Source of the DNA: Nitrospirota bacterium
Lineage (GTDB): Bacteria; Nitrospirota; Nitrospiria; Nitrospirales; Nitrospiraceae
Assembly (NCBI GenBank): GCA_963701855.1
Contig: CAVPBK010000006.1
Location: forward strand, 1,504,001-1,568,000
Length of the DNA: 64,000 nucleotides
Reading direction: 5' to 3'
Position numbers and translations under genes: made by a program. Below the pieces are notes generated by a model that was not told where the DNA came from, did not search any database, and was given only the letters and a program-made list of their open reading frames with translations. Each line of letters starts with the position of its first letter. The stretch's first letter is position 1. Of this stretch, positions 63,435 through 64,000 are shown in pieces.

Positions 63435-64000
63435 GCTTCACCACAAACCATCCCGTCACCATCGACCGGATGTTGTTGACGAATCCGGTCAGGATCACTT
63501 GCAATACGTGAATGACGATAAACCCAACGAAGGAGAAACACGCGATGAAGTGAATCGTCCGGGCCGCCTGCCGTCCACCGAAGATCGTGAGCAGCCAGGG
63601 GAACGCCGTATCGATCATGGGCGACATCGTGAGGCCTGTCAAAACGATCAGTGGCGCCACCACAAACAGAATGACTACATAGGCGAGTTTCTGCAGCACG
63701 TTGTACCGCTTGGCCTCCTCACCGTTGGGATGCCGGAAGACCATGTGATCTTTGACCGCCTTGCCGATGCCACGTAGTTCCTTGCCGGTCGGAGCCAGAT
63801 CGCGCGTGGCATGCCGGCTGATCAGCGCATAGGTCGTGAAGAATAGCCCATTGATGACGAGGAGCCATGCGAAGAACAGGTGCCATTGCCGACCCATCGC
63901 CAGAAATCTGGCGCTTGGAACGGTCGCCCAAGCAGGAAAGGCACGGCGCGAGCCATCCGAATAGCCGAGAACGCCTGTTGTGTCGAATTTGTAACCCAAA
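63406..64000 (-). CDS. Cytochrome b membrane subunit, 5' end outside the window
   Basis: WHLFFAW, YNVLQKLAY, RTIHF, IVIHV, SMVTG. Confidence 0.9.
   Translation of the reverse strand, partial: LGYKFDTTGVLGYSDGSRRAFPAWATVPSARFLAMGRQWHLFFAWLLVINGLFFTTYALISRHATRDLAPTGKELRGIGKAVKDHMVFRHPNGEEAKRYNVLQKLAYVVILFVVAPLIVLTGLTMSPMIDTAFPWLLTIFGGRQAARTIHFIACFSFVGFIVIHVLQVILTGFVNNIRSMVTGWFVVKHEEGASREA

Overview
This is an accessory, mosaic region of a bacterial genome with no core operons. The gene families and repeats suggest Nitrospira, but that is inference only. The window reads as a stack of serially integrated, decaying islands. It holds six att-like sites: four carry tRNA-Lys 3' halves that start exactly at the anticodon loop (two isoacceptors), one keeps only a 19-bp core, and one is an arm that stops at the loop. 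Remnants of a tyrosine integrase and an excisionase-like HTH gene lie beside them. A backbone module recurs in about seven partial copies: short junction motif -> secreted 'NPYG/NPFG'-repeat gene interrupted by a 9-bp-periodic palindrome -> TTGACA element -> hairpin leader -> small PC4/PUR-like gene -> hairpin -> thermonuclease. In four cases a toxin-like slot (Fic; TIGR04255 + HicB/HicA-like; a GNAT pair; HigBA) sits between the module and the att site. Cargo includes three sigma54 activators, two fluoride riboswitches with downstream transport and metabolic genes, an 18.3-kb segment ending in the two permuted halves of a cation-efflux gene, an att-flanked serine-palmitoyltransferase-like + SDR cassette, MITE-like palindromes, an IS3 remnant and many pseudogenes. 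All calls come from reading motifs by eye; no database searches were run.
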